Assembly (NCBI GenBank): GCA_035319625.1 | Contig: DATHCH010000303.1 | Span: 1-56,039 of the forward strand | Source: Thermodesulfobacteriota bacterium | Lineage (GTDB): Bacteria > Desulfobacterota > BSN033 > UBA1163 | Length of the DNA stretch: 56,039 nucleotides | Direction: 5' to 3' | Shown here: positions 28,931 through 38,453 of the stretch, one piece after another | How positions within the stretch are numbered: the stretch's first letter is position 1 | Layout of the letters: the number at the start of each line of letters is the position of its first letter | The notes under the pieces: generated by a model | What the model saw: only the letters and a program-made list of their open reading frames with translations | The model's database searches: none | Told to the model about the DNA's origin: nothing | Position numbers and translations under genes: made by a program

Positions 28931-30643
28931 ATGACTTCTTGGAAACTCATTAAGAAGGCCAGGGGTATTCTTGAGAAAGAGAGAGGGGTTGTTCAAAAAC
29001 CATGGGGCGGGAAAATTACGATTTGTCTCCTCTATCCCAACGCCTACCACGTGGGAATGTCCAACCTCGGATTTCAGACCCTTTATCGAATCTTGAACGC
29101 TGCTGATGATGTGGTCTGTGAAAGAGCCTTCCTTCCTGAGCCAGAAGATCTCCAAGAATATCGCAATACCCAAACCCCTCTTTTCTCATTAGAATCCCAG
29201 AAGTTCCTCGCTAGCTTCGATATCTTAGCCTTCTCCATCTCCTTCGAGAATGATTTTCTCAATGTCCTCACGCTTCTGGAATTAGGCCATATCCCATCAG
29301 AGAGCCGTCTTCGGGATGGAAGATATCCGTGGGTCATTGCCGGAGGAGTCGCCGTTTTCCTAAATCCGGAACCCGTCAGTGATTTTTTTGACCTCTTCAT
29401 CCTTGGTGAGGCGGAAGAGGCGATTGAAGAATTTTTGGCAGTCTGTCGTCAAACCCTTTCAGATAAAAAGAGAAAGGAGAAGGACGATTTTTTAAGGAAG
29501 TTAGGAAGAGTGGAAGGGGTCTATGTCCCAAAGTTTTACAGGGTGACCTATGCCGAAAACGGAAAGCTAGAGGCGATGGATCCTGAGCCCGGGTTTGCGC
29601 GCAAGGTCAAACGGCGATGGATTCCTAAGCTCGATGAATTTCCAACCCAATCCGCGCTTTTCACCCCGGATACGGAGTTCAAAGAGATGGCTTTGGTGGA
29701 GATGAACCGGGGGTGCCCCAGGGGGTGCCGATTCTGCGCAGCTTGTTTTGTTTACCATCCTTTTCGAAACCGAAGCCTTTCCTCTCTGGAATCGATTTCA
29801 AAGGAAGCCCTTTTAAAGGAGCATCGGATTGGCCTGACCGGGACCGCGGTCTCAGACCATCCTAAACTTCTCCCATTGTGTCAGACCATCCTCTCTCAGC
29901 GAGGAGGAATTTCCTTATCCTCCTTAAGAGTGGATACCGTCACTCCGTCCCTGATTCAGTGTCTGAAAAAAGGGGAGGACCGCACCGTGGCCATCGCCCC
30001 TGAGGCAGGTTCAGAAAGGCTCAGGAAGATGCTGAAGAAGGGCTATCCTGAAGAGGAGATCTTAAAATCCATCGATATTTTAGTCGAGAATGGCCTCTCC
30101 CAAATCAAATGCTATTTCTTAATCGGTCTTCCCTCTGAAACCGACGAAGATGTCAAGGAAATACTGCTGCTGGCGAAACGGATTCGCCATCAGATTCTTT
30201 CGAGTCAGAAGAACCGAGAGAGGAGATGGAGGTTAGTCTTAAGCGTCAACCCCTTTATTCCCAAACCCGCGACACCCTTTCAGTGGGTGCCCTTGGAAGA
30301 GGTCGGGAGGTTAAAGAAGAAGTTAAAAATGATCCAAAGAGGGGTTCAAGGTGAGAGAGGGATGGAGATGATCCACGATCTTCCCAAATGGGCTTATGTT
30401 CAGGCCTTGCTCTCGAGAGGAGACCGGAGGGTGGGGAAGATATTGATGGCAACCCAGCGGTCTCAGGGAAATTGGAGCCAGGCTCTTCGAGAGACGAGTA
30501 TCAACGCGGATTTCTATGTTCATCGAGAAAGGGATCTCGACGAAGTTTTCCCATGGGATTTTATCGACCACGGCATCTCAAAAGAGCAATTGAAGGAAGA
30601 GTATCTGGCAGCGATGAAGGAAGCAGGGGTTAAAATTGAATAA
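28931..30643 (+). CDS. B12-binding-domain radical SAM protein (uncharacterised family)
   Basis: N-terminal LLYPNAYHVGMSNLGFQTLY and radical SAM cluster NRGCPRGCRFCAAC. Resembles the widespread uncharacterised B12-rSAM family (TIGR03960-like, from memory). Confidence 0.85.
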   Translation: MTSWKLIKKARGILEKERGVVQKPWGGKITICLLYPNAYHVGMSNLGFQTLYRILNAADDVVCERAFLPEPEDLQEYRNTQTPLFSLESQKFLASFDILAFSISFENDFLNVLTLLELGHIPSESRLRDGRYPWVIAGGVAVFLNPEPVSDFFDLFILGEAEEAIEEFLAVCRQTLSDKKRKEKDDFLRKLGRVEGVYVPKFYRVTYAENGKLEAMDPEPGFARKVKRRWIPKLDEFPTQSALFTPDTEFKEMALVEMNRGCPRGCRFCAACFVYHPFRNRSLSSLESISKEALLKEHRIGLTGTAVSDHPKLLPLCQTILSQRGGISLSSLRVDTVTPSLIQCLKKGEDRTVAIAPEAGSERLRKMLKKGYPEEEILKSIDILVENGLSQIKCYFLIGLPSETDEDVKEILLLAKRIRHQILSSQKNRERRWRLVLSVNPFIPKPATPFQWVPLEEVGRLKKKLKMIQRGVQGERGMEMIHDLPKWAYVQALLSRGDRRVGKILMATQRSQGNWSQALRETSINADFYVHRERDLDEVFPWDFIDHGISKEQLKEEYLAAMKEAGVKIE

Positions 30644-30677
30644 GCATCCCAGGATCCTCGCCCCTAATCGAGGCATT

Positions 30678-30840
30678 GACGGAAGAGACGGTCGGGTTCC
30701 AAAGTCTTAGAATGCGGTCTCTTAGGAATGGCTAATCGGTGCTTGCGGAAAATGGGGTCATCTGAAGGATATGGAACATTTGAATCTCCATGTAAGATGT
30801 TGCCGCCCTAAGACTTTTCCGCCCGACCATCTCCTCCGTC
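30678..30840. repeat. 33-nt imperfect inverted repeat around a ~97-nt loop
   Basis: GACGGAAGAGACGGTCGGGTTCCAAAGTCTTAG ... CTAAGACTTTTCCGCCCGACCATCTCCTCCGTC. Confidence 0.55.
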
Positions 30841-30965
30841 TTGTTTGGGAGGGGTTTCTATTATTACGACAAAGTCTCTGGTGGGAGACGCGAGGGGATG
30901 GGCGTTTTGATCGTTGGATAATTGGAATTTATTTGGAATTTGGGATTTTGATCGGGAGATACAAA

Positions 30966-31688
30966 ATGAGAACTGAGAAAGTGTCCTTCCAAAGTGAAGG
31001 ATATAGCATTTCAGGAGTCCTCCATCTACCTGAGAAAGAGACCCCTCCGTGCATCATTGCCTCTCATGGCCTTTTGTCGAGTAAGGATAGCGAAAAGTAT
31101 ATTGCTCTCGGCGAACGGATTTCAAGGGAGGGGATGGCCATGCTTCGCTTCGATTTCAGAGGAATCGGCGAGAGCGGAGGGAGCGAAGAAGACAATACGA
31201 TCAGCAAAAAGGTCGACGATCTGAGTGCGGCGATTGATTTTATAAGAAGTTATCCCGGACTGGGAGGGGGGATCGGGTTAATCGGTTCGAGTCTCGGAGG
31301 TTTTGTTTCACTCATCAAAGCATCGATGGATAAACGGATCAAGGCCACGGTGGTCTGGGCCACCCCTCACCACCTGGATGATCTTAAGACGAAGGAAAGG
31401 GATCAGGGCACCCCTTTACCTCCTGAGGCTTTTTTTGAGGATCTTCCAAGACATCGATTATTGCCCCTTCTGAACAAGGTTTCCAATTGCATGGTTATTC
31501 ATGGAGAAAAGGATGAGTTGGTCCCTGTCGAACAGGCATGGGAGATTTTTTATCATTTGGCCGAACCCAAGAGAATTCATGTGATCGAGGAGGCAAACCA
31601 CCGTTTGACCGATCCCGCGCATCGCCAGCGGGCCATCGAGCTTAGTGTGGCTTGGTTTAAGAAATATCTGTGGATGGGCAAACTCTAA
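30966..31688 (+). CDS. alpha/beta hydrolase
   Basis: Nucleophile elbow GSSLGG and C-terminal HGEKDELV / ANH. Start set at MRTEKVSF with a GGGAGA SD; the track's upstream extension crosses the inverted repeat. Confidence 0.85.
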   Translation: MRTEKVSFQSEGYSISGVLHLPEKETPPCIIASHGLLSSKDSEKYIALGERISREGMAMLRFDFRGIGESGGSEEDNTISKKVDDLSAAIDFIRSYPGLGGGIGLIGSSLGGFVSLIKASMDKRIKATVVWATPHHLDDLKTKERDQGTPLPPEAFFEDLPRHRLLPLLNKVSNCMVIHGEKDELVPVEQAWEIFYHLAEPKRIHVIEEANHRLTDPAHRQRAIELSVAWFKKYLWMGKL

Positions 31689-31840
31689 ACCCTAAATAAA
31701 TCCAAAATTAACCCCACCTAACCTCCCCATAGTTAAGGGGAGGAAGGAAGGGGTTACGGTAAAGGTTGTGTTTTGGGTTTTGAGTTTCTTGCATTTTGGG
31801 TTTACTTAGAGATTTAGGGTTTTGAATTTAGGATTTGTCA
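31687..31840. repeat. composite element: word arms (CCCTAAAT/CCAAAAT vs ATTTTGGG/ATTTAGGG) around a GC-rich nested palindrome (31708-31756)
   Basis: Core TTAACCCCACCTAACCTCCCCATAGTTAAGGGGAGGAAGGAAGGGGTTA. Right arm GTTTTGGGTTTTGAG...CATTTTGGGTTTACTTAGAGATTTAGGGTTTTGAATTTAGGATTTG. Confidence 0.6.
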
Positions 31841-31902
31841 CAAAATTGTTTCTAACACGGGGTGAGAAGGAGTCTCGGAATTTGCAGTCCATTTTAAGTA
31901 AA

Positions 31903-33342
31903 TCATCTCACCGCCTTCACTTCTTTTATTTTCCACGCCCCTTCTTCTTTCTTGAATTGCACGTCCAAAACGGACTTGTTCTCTTGGGGCCGGGTTCCGG
32001 CCTTTGAGGAAGTTTTGATCAACCATTCAACTTTTGCCTTGGCCGTATCGCCTGATATCGAAGTGTCCTTCAAATCGTAGGATAGGTCAACGTAATCAAA
32101 CCTTTTCCAATAGGCAAGTGTGGTCTTTTTCTTCCCTTCCCGGTCTTTGAAATCCGTAGCGTAACAAGATATGAAGAGGTCAATGTTCTTCTCTAAATTT
32201 GCCTGCCGGATGTCCTCGAGGAGGGTCTCAATGTTGCGTATCTCTGCGACTTCCGTAGAAGATGTTTTAGAGGCGTCCGAGAGAAAAAGGGAAGGGGGAA
32301 TCGCTTCTTTAGAAACAGTTGAACTCTCCTCTGTGTTTTTGAATCCTCGTGATTCGGTCACCGTCGTAGCTGGATCGGTAGTGGAAGAGGAACTGGGAAA
32401 GATCTGGTTGGCGGCGTCCTTAGAGGTGAGCGAATTCAGCTCAGGGTGTAAGACTGACCACAGAAAGTATCCTCCCGCCAGAGCTATGATCACCATGCTG
32501 CCGACTTCCAGGCCTAATCGGCGATAATCTCGTTTGGGCTTCTTCGCAGAACTTACCCTCTTTTCTGCTTGATCCGTTGCTTTCTTAGGAGGTTGTTGCT
32601 CAAGGGACTCGTCCTGAAAAAGCTCTTCCAAGGGCGTTGTGATCTTTTTTCTTTTGACCGGCTGGCTAACGCCCAACTCTTTCTCCTTAGGACTAAGGAG
32701 AGGAGGCTGTATGGTGGCACCCACGAGGTCTTGGTCTAAGTCCATTTTAGGGATCTCCTCTGAGGCTTTAGGGGGAGACGTCGAAGGAGGGACCTCGGCA
32801 TCCGACGATTTAGGCTTTTGTTTTTCTTGGGATGCAGTTTGCGGAACAAGGCTTGAGCCACATCTTACGCAAGAAGTTCCGCGTTCGTAAATGATCCCGC
32901 AGTCGGGGCAGATCAGTTTCTTACGGGGTGCCTCGATCAATTGTTCCTGGATTGTTTGTACCTGTAAGGGTTTTTCCTCGGCTACAGATTCACGAGGTAT
33001 GTTGAGCTCTTCCTTTTCTTGAGAGGGAATGTCTTTGGATGTTAGAAGCGGAGATTCTTTTTCTGCGGGTCCGGTTCTATGGGCTGACTCAGACTCTTCC
33101 TTCCCCCCGGGAGGCATCTGACGTCCCAGAGGGGATCCGCATTGTATGCAAGAACTCCCAAATTCATAAACGATCTTGCAGACCGGGCAGATCAGCTTTC
33201 CGTCTGAATTCTCGTCTTCGGATCGATTCACTTTCTTTGGAGCGGAAAGAGGTTCGTCTTTCGGGACAAGCGGGTCGCCGCAATGTTTGCAAAATTTCTT
33301 GCCTTCCTCGTATTCAACGTTACAATTCTTGCAGACCAGCAT
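31903..33342 (-). CDS. membrane protein with three N-terminal zinc ribbons and a C-terminal NTF2/SnoaL-like domain
   Basis: CKNCNVEYEEGKKFCKHCG, CPVCKIVYEFGSSCIQCG and CPDCGIIYERGTSCVRCG. One TM helix (LEVGSMVIIALAGGYFLWSVL). Ser/Thr-rich linker, then a ~120-aa domain ending KKEEGAWKIKEVKAV. Confidence 0.75.
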   Translation of the reverse strand: MLVCKNCNVEYEEGKKFCKHCGDPLVPKDEPLSAPKKVNRSEDENSDGKLICPVCKIVYEFGSSCIQCGSPLGRQMPPGGKEESESAHRTGPAEKESPLLTSKDIPSQEKEELNIPRESVAEEKPLQVQTIQEQLIEAPRKKLICPDCGIIYERGTSCVRCGSSLVPQTASQEKQKPKSSDAEVPPSTSPPKASEEIPKMDLDQDLVGATIQPPLLSPKEKELGVSQPVKRKKITTPLEELFQDESLEQQPPKKATDQAEKRVSSAKKPKRDYRRLGLEVGSMVIIALAGGYFLWSVLHPELNSLTSKDAANQIFPSSSSTTDPATTVTESRGFKNTEESSTVSKEAIPPSLFLSDASKTSSTEVAEIRNIETLLEDIRQANLEKNIDLFISCYATDFKDREGKKKTTLAYWKRFDYVDLSYDLKDTSISGDTAKAKVEWLIKTSSKAGTRPQENKSVLDVQFKKEEGAWKIKEVKAVR

Positions 33343-33371
33343 GGATGCCCCTTGGAACTATCCTTTTCGTA

Positions 33372-34334
33372 TCACATGGGTGTCGGGATGACAGAGGGCG
33401 TAGAGTGGGAAGGTTTGGGTGCCTCGGAAGTGGCCGATTTGTTCACCCATGCCGTGGTTCCGTCCTCGAGTCGAACGCGAAACCAATCTCCATTTACTTC
33501 AAGAATTTTCAGGGAGGTCCCTTTCTTCACGTTGCCAATCACTTTATAGTCCTTTCCTGGTCCTACACGGAGATTCACAAAGTCCCACGCAACTTGGGTA
33601 GTACGAAGAGCAGGCGGGGGGGTGACTTTCGGAGATACCGGGGTAGTTTTTGGGGTTTCCCTCTGGGCCACAACAGGGGCAACCCTGTAACAGTCGGGAG
33701 GCGTCTTTGCTACTACGATACTCGCCGATTCCTCAATGGTCATCCGTATGGCCTTTTCCATCAGTGTTTTTGAAAAGCCTTTAAATACTTCCGGTAGTGG
33801 ACCGCCTACCCTTGCGGTAGGTCCTCCGAATTCTGTCGCCTTTATCTTCACTCGCTCGGTCGTGACAATCTGTTTGGTTCTTGGATCGGTCATTGTGACA
33901 ATGATGGCAACATAGGATGCCCCCCCTGATTCATCTCCGGCCCCAGGGATACCGGGTTTGAATTCCCTAATCTCGCCCTCAACGAGAAGATCCATCTCTT
34001 TTTCTTTATTCACCCAACCGCTGTTCCCGAGGCCCTGATCTGCGTTCACGTCATCTGAGGATCTCCGTGCTTGAACAATATACCGGTTCGTGGCCAATAG
34101 GGCATGACGTAACATCTCGGCCATGCCATCGCCGACCTGGCTCATCTCTTTGTCCCTTGCCGATCTATCGATAAATCTTATGACAGCCACTCTTGCCTTA
34201 GGGCCTTTGTAATTTTCTTTCAAAATCTGCCCATAGGTTAAGCGTGTAGGGGAAGGAGACTTTGTCGTAGGCTCGACGGCTGCACAACCAAGCAGGAAAG
34301 ACACAGTTGTAATCAATAGCAGTAAGTCTCTCAT
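33372..34334 (-). CDS. CsgG-family lipoprotein with C-terminal bacterial SH3 domain
   Basis: Lipobox LLGC. ARVAVIRFIDRS...VGDGMAEMLRHALLATNRYIVQARR fits the CsgG family. C-terminal WDFVNLRVGPGKDYKVIGNVKKGTSLKILEVNGDWFRVRL is SH3_3-like. Confidence 0.75.
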   Translation of the reverse strand: MRDLLLLITTVSFLLGCAAVEPTTKSPSPTRLTYGQILKENYKGPKARVAVIRFIDRSARDKEMSQVGDGMAEMLRHALLATNRYIVQARRSSDDVNADQGLGNSGWVNKEKEMDLLVEGEIREFKPGIPGAGDESGGASYVAIIVTMTDPRTKQIVTTERVKIKATEFGGPTARVGGPLPEVFKGFSKTLMEKAIRMTIEESASIVVAKTPPDCYRVAPVVAQRETPKTTPVSPKVTPPPALRTTQVAWDFVNLRVGPGKDYKVIGNVKKGTSLKILEVNGDWFRVRLEDGTTAWVNKSATSEAPKPSHSTPSVIPTPM

Positions 34335-34377
34335 AGAGGTTTTACCTAATGGATGACATCAGACACTGTAGAGATTA

Positions 34378-34392
34378 GCAAAATAAGTGCCA
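34378..34392 (-). promoter_or_regulatory. sigma-54 promoter
   Basis: Minus strand reads TGGCAC-TTATT-TTGC with exact -24/-12 spacing, 44 nt upstream of the lipoprotein ATG. Confidence 0.65.
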
Positions 34393-34648
34393 AATTTTGT
34401 ATATTATAATTAGTTGAATTTACACAATTTTTCTACAAAGTGATTTGATTTGACCCTCTAAAAGTGCCAAATTATTGTATATTCATTACACAAAATGTCT
34501 CGTTTTATTAAGGGATTAACGGGAATGAACTAACAGGATGCCGAAAAAGTGATTTAGGCTAGGCTGCTCAAAAATGCCCGGGTGCAAGGTCCCCGGAATC
34601 CTTGGGAGTGAGGCGTACTTGAAAAGGAAGACGGTACAGTTCTCCTTG

Positions 34649-35425
34649 TTACCCAGCCGCCAGCCCCTTTTTGACATACTCCAAAATACTGGCCATAGTG
34701 AAACCAGCCTGACCATAGACGACCACATCTGCCATGCCATCGTAAGGAGTTGGGTCGCGGTTGATGATCACCAGTCTTGCTCCATTTCTCTTTGCCACCA
34801 GAGGCATTGAGGCAGCGGGTTGGACGACCAGTGAGGAACCGACAACGATGAAGAGATCGCAGGTCGAGGATCGATGATAAGCCTCTTGGGTCTCTCTTTC
34901 CGGCATGGATTGGCCGAAGGAGATGGTAGCAGGTTTGAGAGCGCCCCCGCAGTCGTCACAGCGGGGCGCCTTCTGTCCTCTTAGGATTCGTTCTTGGATT
35001 TCATCGCGATCATATCTCTTGTTACAATTCAAACAGGAGACGAAGATGGCTGTCCCATGAAGTTCAATCACCCTTTCTTCTGAATTTCCCGCCCTGAAGT
35101 GAAGACCGTCAATGTTTTGGGTAATCACGCAGTCGAGCTTACCGAGTTTCTCCAATTCTGCAATGGCGAAATGGGCTTGATTAGGCTTGGCCATCTTTAT
35201 TGGTCCATAGAATTCGGTTGCCATCTGCCAATACTTTTCACGGGAGGCTTCGCTGGCAAGGAAATTCTGGAAGGTGAAGTCCTCCGGATCATACCGCTCC
35301 CATATTCCGCCAGGGCTGCGGAAGTCCGGGATTCCGGATTCCGTACTGAGCCCAGCCCCCGAAAAAACGACGGTCTTTTTAGAAGCGGTGATCCATTGTG
35401 CGATCTGTTTAACTTGGTCCTCCAT
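34649..35425 (-). CDS. cobB: NAD-dependent protein deacylase (sirtuin)
   Basis: GAGLSTESGIPDFRS, catalytic HG, and Zn ribbon CLNCNKRY...CDDCGG. Confidence 0.9.
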   Translation of the reverse strand: MEDQVKQIAQWITASKKTVVFSGAGLSTESGIPDFRSPGGIWERYDPEDFTFQNFLASEASREKYWQMATEFYGPIKMAKPNQAHFAIAELEKLGKLDCVITQNIDGLHFRAGNSEERVIELHGTAIFVSCLNCNKRYDRDEIQERILRGQKAPRCDDCGGALKPATISFGQSMPERETQEAYHRSSTCDLFIVVGSSLVVQPAASMPLVAKRNGARLVIINRDPTPYDGMADVVVYGQAGFTMASILEYVKKGLAAG

Positions 35426-35528
35426 TTATTACCTCCACATTCCGTTTCTTGTCTCCTATCCTTCATTTCCTATATCACACGGTTCGTATGACTTGCAAGG
35501 GGAAGACGGCATGTGATAAAATTTCTTA

Positions 35529-36557
35529 ATGAAATGTAATTTAATCAGACAAGGATATCCGGAGGGAAGCTGTTTCATCGAAGTCGAAGGAGGGAAATCT
35601 CCTGCCTGTGAATCCACCCTCAAAAAGACAGACAATGGCCTCCTGAGGCTAATCTCTGCTGTCCACCTCTCTCGTCCGGAAAATTACCTCTCCATTTACC
35701 AATCCGGTTGTAACTTCTCATGCCGAAAATGTCATTCCTGGAATTTCACAAGAATTGCCAAGGGCGATTGGTGGTCTCCTGCGGATGTCTTGAAGGCCTG
35801 CAAAGAATATGAAAAAGAGGTGACGGTTCGAGAGCCTCGAGACAGAGCGACTGCCTTTCACGCCCACGACTCCTGCCGCGGTTGTGGGGCGTGTGTGATG
35901 TATGGGAAACGGTCCCCCCTCTGCCCAAAGGTGATCCAGAAAAAAGATATTGTTTTGAGTCCCCAGGGATGGGGCCCTGCCCGGAATATCGTTGCCTTCA
36001 CCGGGGGAGACTTAACCTGCTGTCCTGAGTTCTATGTTGAATGTACTCGCCTAATCAAGGCAGAGACCAAGCTCTGGGTAATGGTCGAAACCAATGGCTA
36101 CGGCCTTACCCCTCAGAACCTCGACGAATTGAAGGAGGCAGGGGTTGACTCCTTCTGGCTCGATATCAAGGCCTATGACGGGAGCGACCATAAATGGCTG
36201 ACCGGTTGTTTCAACAGGAACATCCTCAAACTTCCTGAAGAAATCGTTAAGAGAGGTTTTGTTCTGGAAGTGCTTTCTCTCTACATACCGAACCTTGTGG
36301 AGACGGTTCAATTGAAAAAGATTGCCCAATTGATTTTTGATGTCGATCCGGAAATCCCTTTTACCATTTTGGCCTTTTTCCCAGAATATCAAATGAAGCG
36401 CTACAAGAGCCCGAAGGTTTCCGAGATGATAGAGGCCTATATAGGGGCCAAGGCCGCCGGGCTGAAGAATGTCAGGCTTGGAAACGCCGGAATCTTTGCT
36501 TCCTCCGAGCAGGACTATGATCTCCTGAAAAAGAAAGTTGGCGGAGGAAACTATTAG
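35529..36557 (+). CDS. radical SAM protein (activase-like, function unknown)
   Basis: CNFSCRKCHSW cluster plus an extra Cys group, CRGCGACVMYGKRSPLC. Confidence 0.8.
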   Translation: MKCNLIRQGYPEGSCFIEVEGGKSPACESTLKKTDNGLLRLISAVHLSRPENYLSIYQSGCNFSCRKCHSWNFTRIAKGDWWSPADVLKACKEYEKEVTVREPRDRATAFHAHDSCRGCGACVMYGKRSPLCPKVIQKKDIVLSPQGWGPARNIVAFTGGDLTCCPEFYVECTRLIKAETKLWVMVETNGYGLTPQNLDELKEAGVDSFWLDIKAYDGSDHKWLTGCFNRNILKLPEEIVKRGFVLEVLSLYIPNLVETVQLKKIAQLIFDVDPEIPFTILAFFPEYQMKRYKSPKVSEMIEAYIGAKAAGLKNVRLGNAGIFASSEQDYDLLKKKVGGGNY

Positions 36558-36562
36558 AAAAT

Positions 36563-36645
36563 TGCGGATTGTGAAATGCGCCTGCCTGCCCCGCCCTCGG
36601 TCTAATAATAGTGTGGGACGGGGGCGGTAGGCATGGATTGCGAAG
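36563..36645. repeat. hairpin element with GCGGATTG / GGATTGCG words and a GC-rich stem
   Basis: TGCGGATTGTGAAATGCGCCTGCCTGCCCCGCCC - loop - GGGACGGGGGCGGTAGGCATGGATTGCGAAG. Confidence 0.55.
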
Positions 36646-36660
36646 TGAGTGAGGGGCAAG

Positions 36661-38148
36661 ATGGAACAGATTAAGAACTATATTAATGGGAAATGGGTCG
36701 ATTCTAAATCAGGGGAGACTTTTCGTTCGATCAATCCGGGCAACAGGGATGAAGTGATTGGAATTGTCCCGAAGTCGGACCGGGAGGACGTGGATCAAGC
36801 GGTCAAGGCAGCCCGACAGGCTTATGAAGACTGGCGGCTTACACCGGCCCCACGCCGGGGCGAAATCCTGTTCAGGGCTGCGGAGATTCTTTTGAGAAAT
36901 AAGGAGTCTTTGGGAAAGCTGGAAACACGGGAGATGGGCAAGATTCTTTCAGAGGGCCTGGGTGATGTCCAGGAGGCCATCGACATGGGTTATTACATGG
37001 CCGGCGAGGGAAGGAGGCTTTGCGGAGAAACCGTTCCCTCCGAACTTCCAAATAAGGACATGAAATCCATTCGCGTTCCCGTCGGTGTTTTCGGCTTAAT
37101 CACTCCCTGGAATTTTCCGATTGCCATCCCAGGATGGAAGGTCTTTCCAGCCCTCGTCTGCGGCAATACCGTTGTCTTCAAGCCCTCCAGTGATACTCCG
37201 GTCTGCGCAACAAGACTAGTAGAAGCCCTGGTGGAGGCGGGTTTGCCCAAAGGGGTCCTAAACCTGATCCATGGGCCAGGAGAGGAGGTGGGGGAATATC
37301 TGGTAAGCCATGCAGGAGTGGATGCTGTCTCCTTCACGGGTTCTTTTGATACCGGGAAGCGTCTCGAAGGAATTTGTGGAGCCATTCATCGAATCATTGT
37401 AACCGAGATGGGCGGAAAGAATGCGATCATCGTCATGGACGACGCGAACCTGAATTTGGCTGTCGAAGGGGCCATCTGGGGCGGTTTTGGAACAACCGGG
37501 CAACGATGCACTGCCGCCAGTCGAATCGTTGTGCACAAGAAAGTTTACAACGAGTTTGTTGAGAAGTTCCGAAAAGTTGCCGTCCGCCTCAAACTGGGTG
37601 ATGGTCTTCAAAGGGAGACGGATGTGGGTCCGGTGATCAATGAATCTCAGTTCAACAAAATTCTAAAGTATATCGAGATTGGAAGGAAAGAGGGCGCAAA
37701 ACTCGTCCTGGGCGGGAAAACCTGTCAGAAGGGCAATTGTTCAAAAGGGTATTTCATCGAGCCCACCATCTTTAGTGCCGTCACCCCGGAAATGCGGATC
37801 GCGCAGGAGGAAATCTTCGGGCCGGTGGTCTCAGTGATCAAAGCAGAAGACCTTGGGGACGCTATCCAGATCGTCAATCGGACTCCGTATGGACTCTCCT
37901 CCGCCATCTATACTCAGGATATCAATTCATCGGCTACCGCGGAGAGGGATCTGGAGACAGGGATTGTTTATATCAATGCCTCGACGATTGGGGCGGAGAT
38001 ACAACTTCCTTTTGGTGGGATCAAACATTCGGGTTATGGACGGAAGGAGGCAGGAGGTCGAGGGGGGGCTCTGGATACCTACAGTCGATGGAAGGTAATC
38101 TACCGGGACTTCAGCGGTCGGCTTCAGAAGGCCCAGATCGATAAATAG
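36661..38148 (+). CDS. NAD(P)-dependent aldehyde dehydrogenase
   Basis: FTGSFDTGK, catalytic EMGGKN and GQRCTA motifs. Confidence 0.92.
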   Translation: MEQIKNYINGKWVDSKSGETFRSINPGNRDEVIGIVPKSDREDVDQAVKAARQAYEDWRLTPAPRRGEILFRAAEILLRNKESLGKLETREMGKILSEGLGDVQEAIDMGYYMAGEGRRLCGETVPSELPNKDMKSIRVPVGVFGLITPWNFPIAIPGWKVFPALVCGNTVVFKPSSDTPVCATRLVEALVEAGLPKGVLNLIHGPGEEVGEYLVSHAGVDAVSFTGSFDTGKRLEGICGAIHRIIVTEMGGKNAIIVMDDANLNLAVEGAIWGGFGTTGQRCTAASRIVVHKKVYNEFVEKFRKVAVRLKLGDGLQRETDVGPVINESQFNKILKYIEIGRKEGAKLVLGGKTCQKGNCSKGYFIEPTIFSAVTPEMRIAQEEIFGPVVSVIKAEDLGDAIQIVNRTPYGLSSAIYTQDINSSATAERDLETGIVYINASTIGAEIQLPFGGIKHSGYGRKEAGGRGGALDTYSRWKVIYRDFSGRLQKAQIDK

Positions 38149-38168
38149 ATATTCAAAATCCGAAATCC

Positions 38169-38300
38169 AATTGTCGAAGGTGATGGTTATCAGTATATAT
38201 GGATATCAGGTAGTGAATATCGGGGCATCAGGTTCAGAAATTTTGATCTTCTTTCATCCCGATCTCCTGGTACCCTGGTATCCTGCATCCTGATTTCCTG
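38169..38300. repeat. word-repeat hairpin (ATCAGG / CCTGAT, CCTGGTA words)
   Basis: GGTGATGGTTATCAGTATATATGGATATCAGGTAGTGAATATCGGGGCATCAGGTTCAG - loop - CCCGATCTCCTGGTACCCTGGTATCCTGCATCCTGATTTCCTGGTACCCCGAT. Confidence 0.6.
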
Positions 38301-38453
38301 GTACCCCGATTAACTCTCAGGAATAGTTCGGATTTCGCCTGCCTTCGTCCCGAAAGGCGGGACTACACGCAGGCAGGTGCTTCGAATTTAGATTTTGTTG
38401 ATATTTTAACAAGGTTGTGATATTGGAGAGGCGAGAGCTTCTCTGGAGGACAC

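Noticed and set aside
34462-34490. A second sigma-54 promoter upstream of the first.
   Set aside because: It shares the GGCAC (-24) half, but the -12 position reads GAGG instead of TTGC. It is more likely a partial duplication or an activator-binding repeat.
34649-35425. Sir2-domain protein as part of an NAD-depleting defence system (Thoeris, DSR or SIR2-HerA type).
   Set aside because: At 258 aa, with the canonical sirtuin motifs and the CxxC...CxxC zinc module, it matches a housekeeping CobB-type deacylase. There is no partner ATPase, TIR or Argonaute gene nearby.
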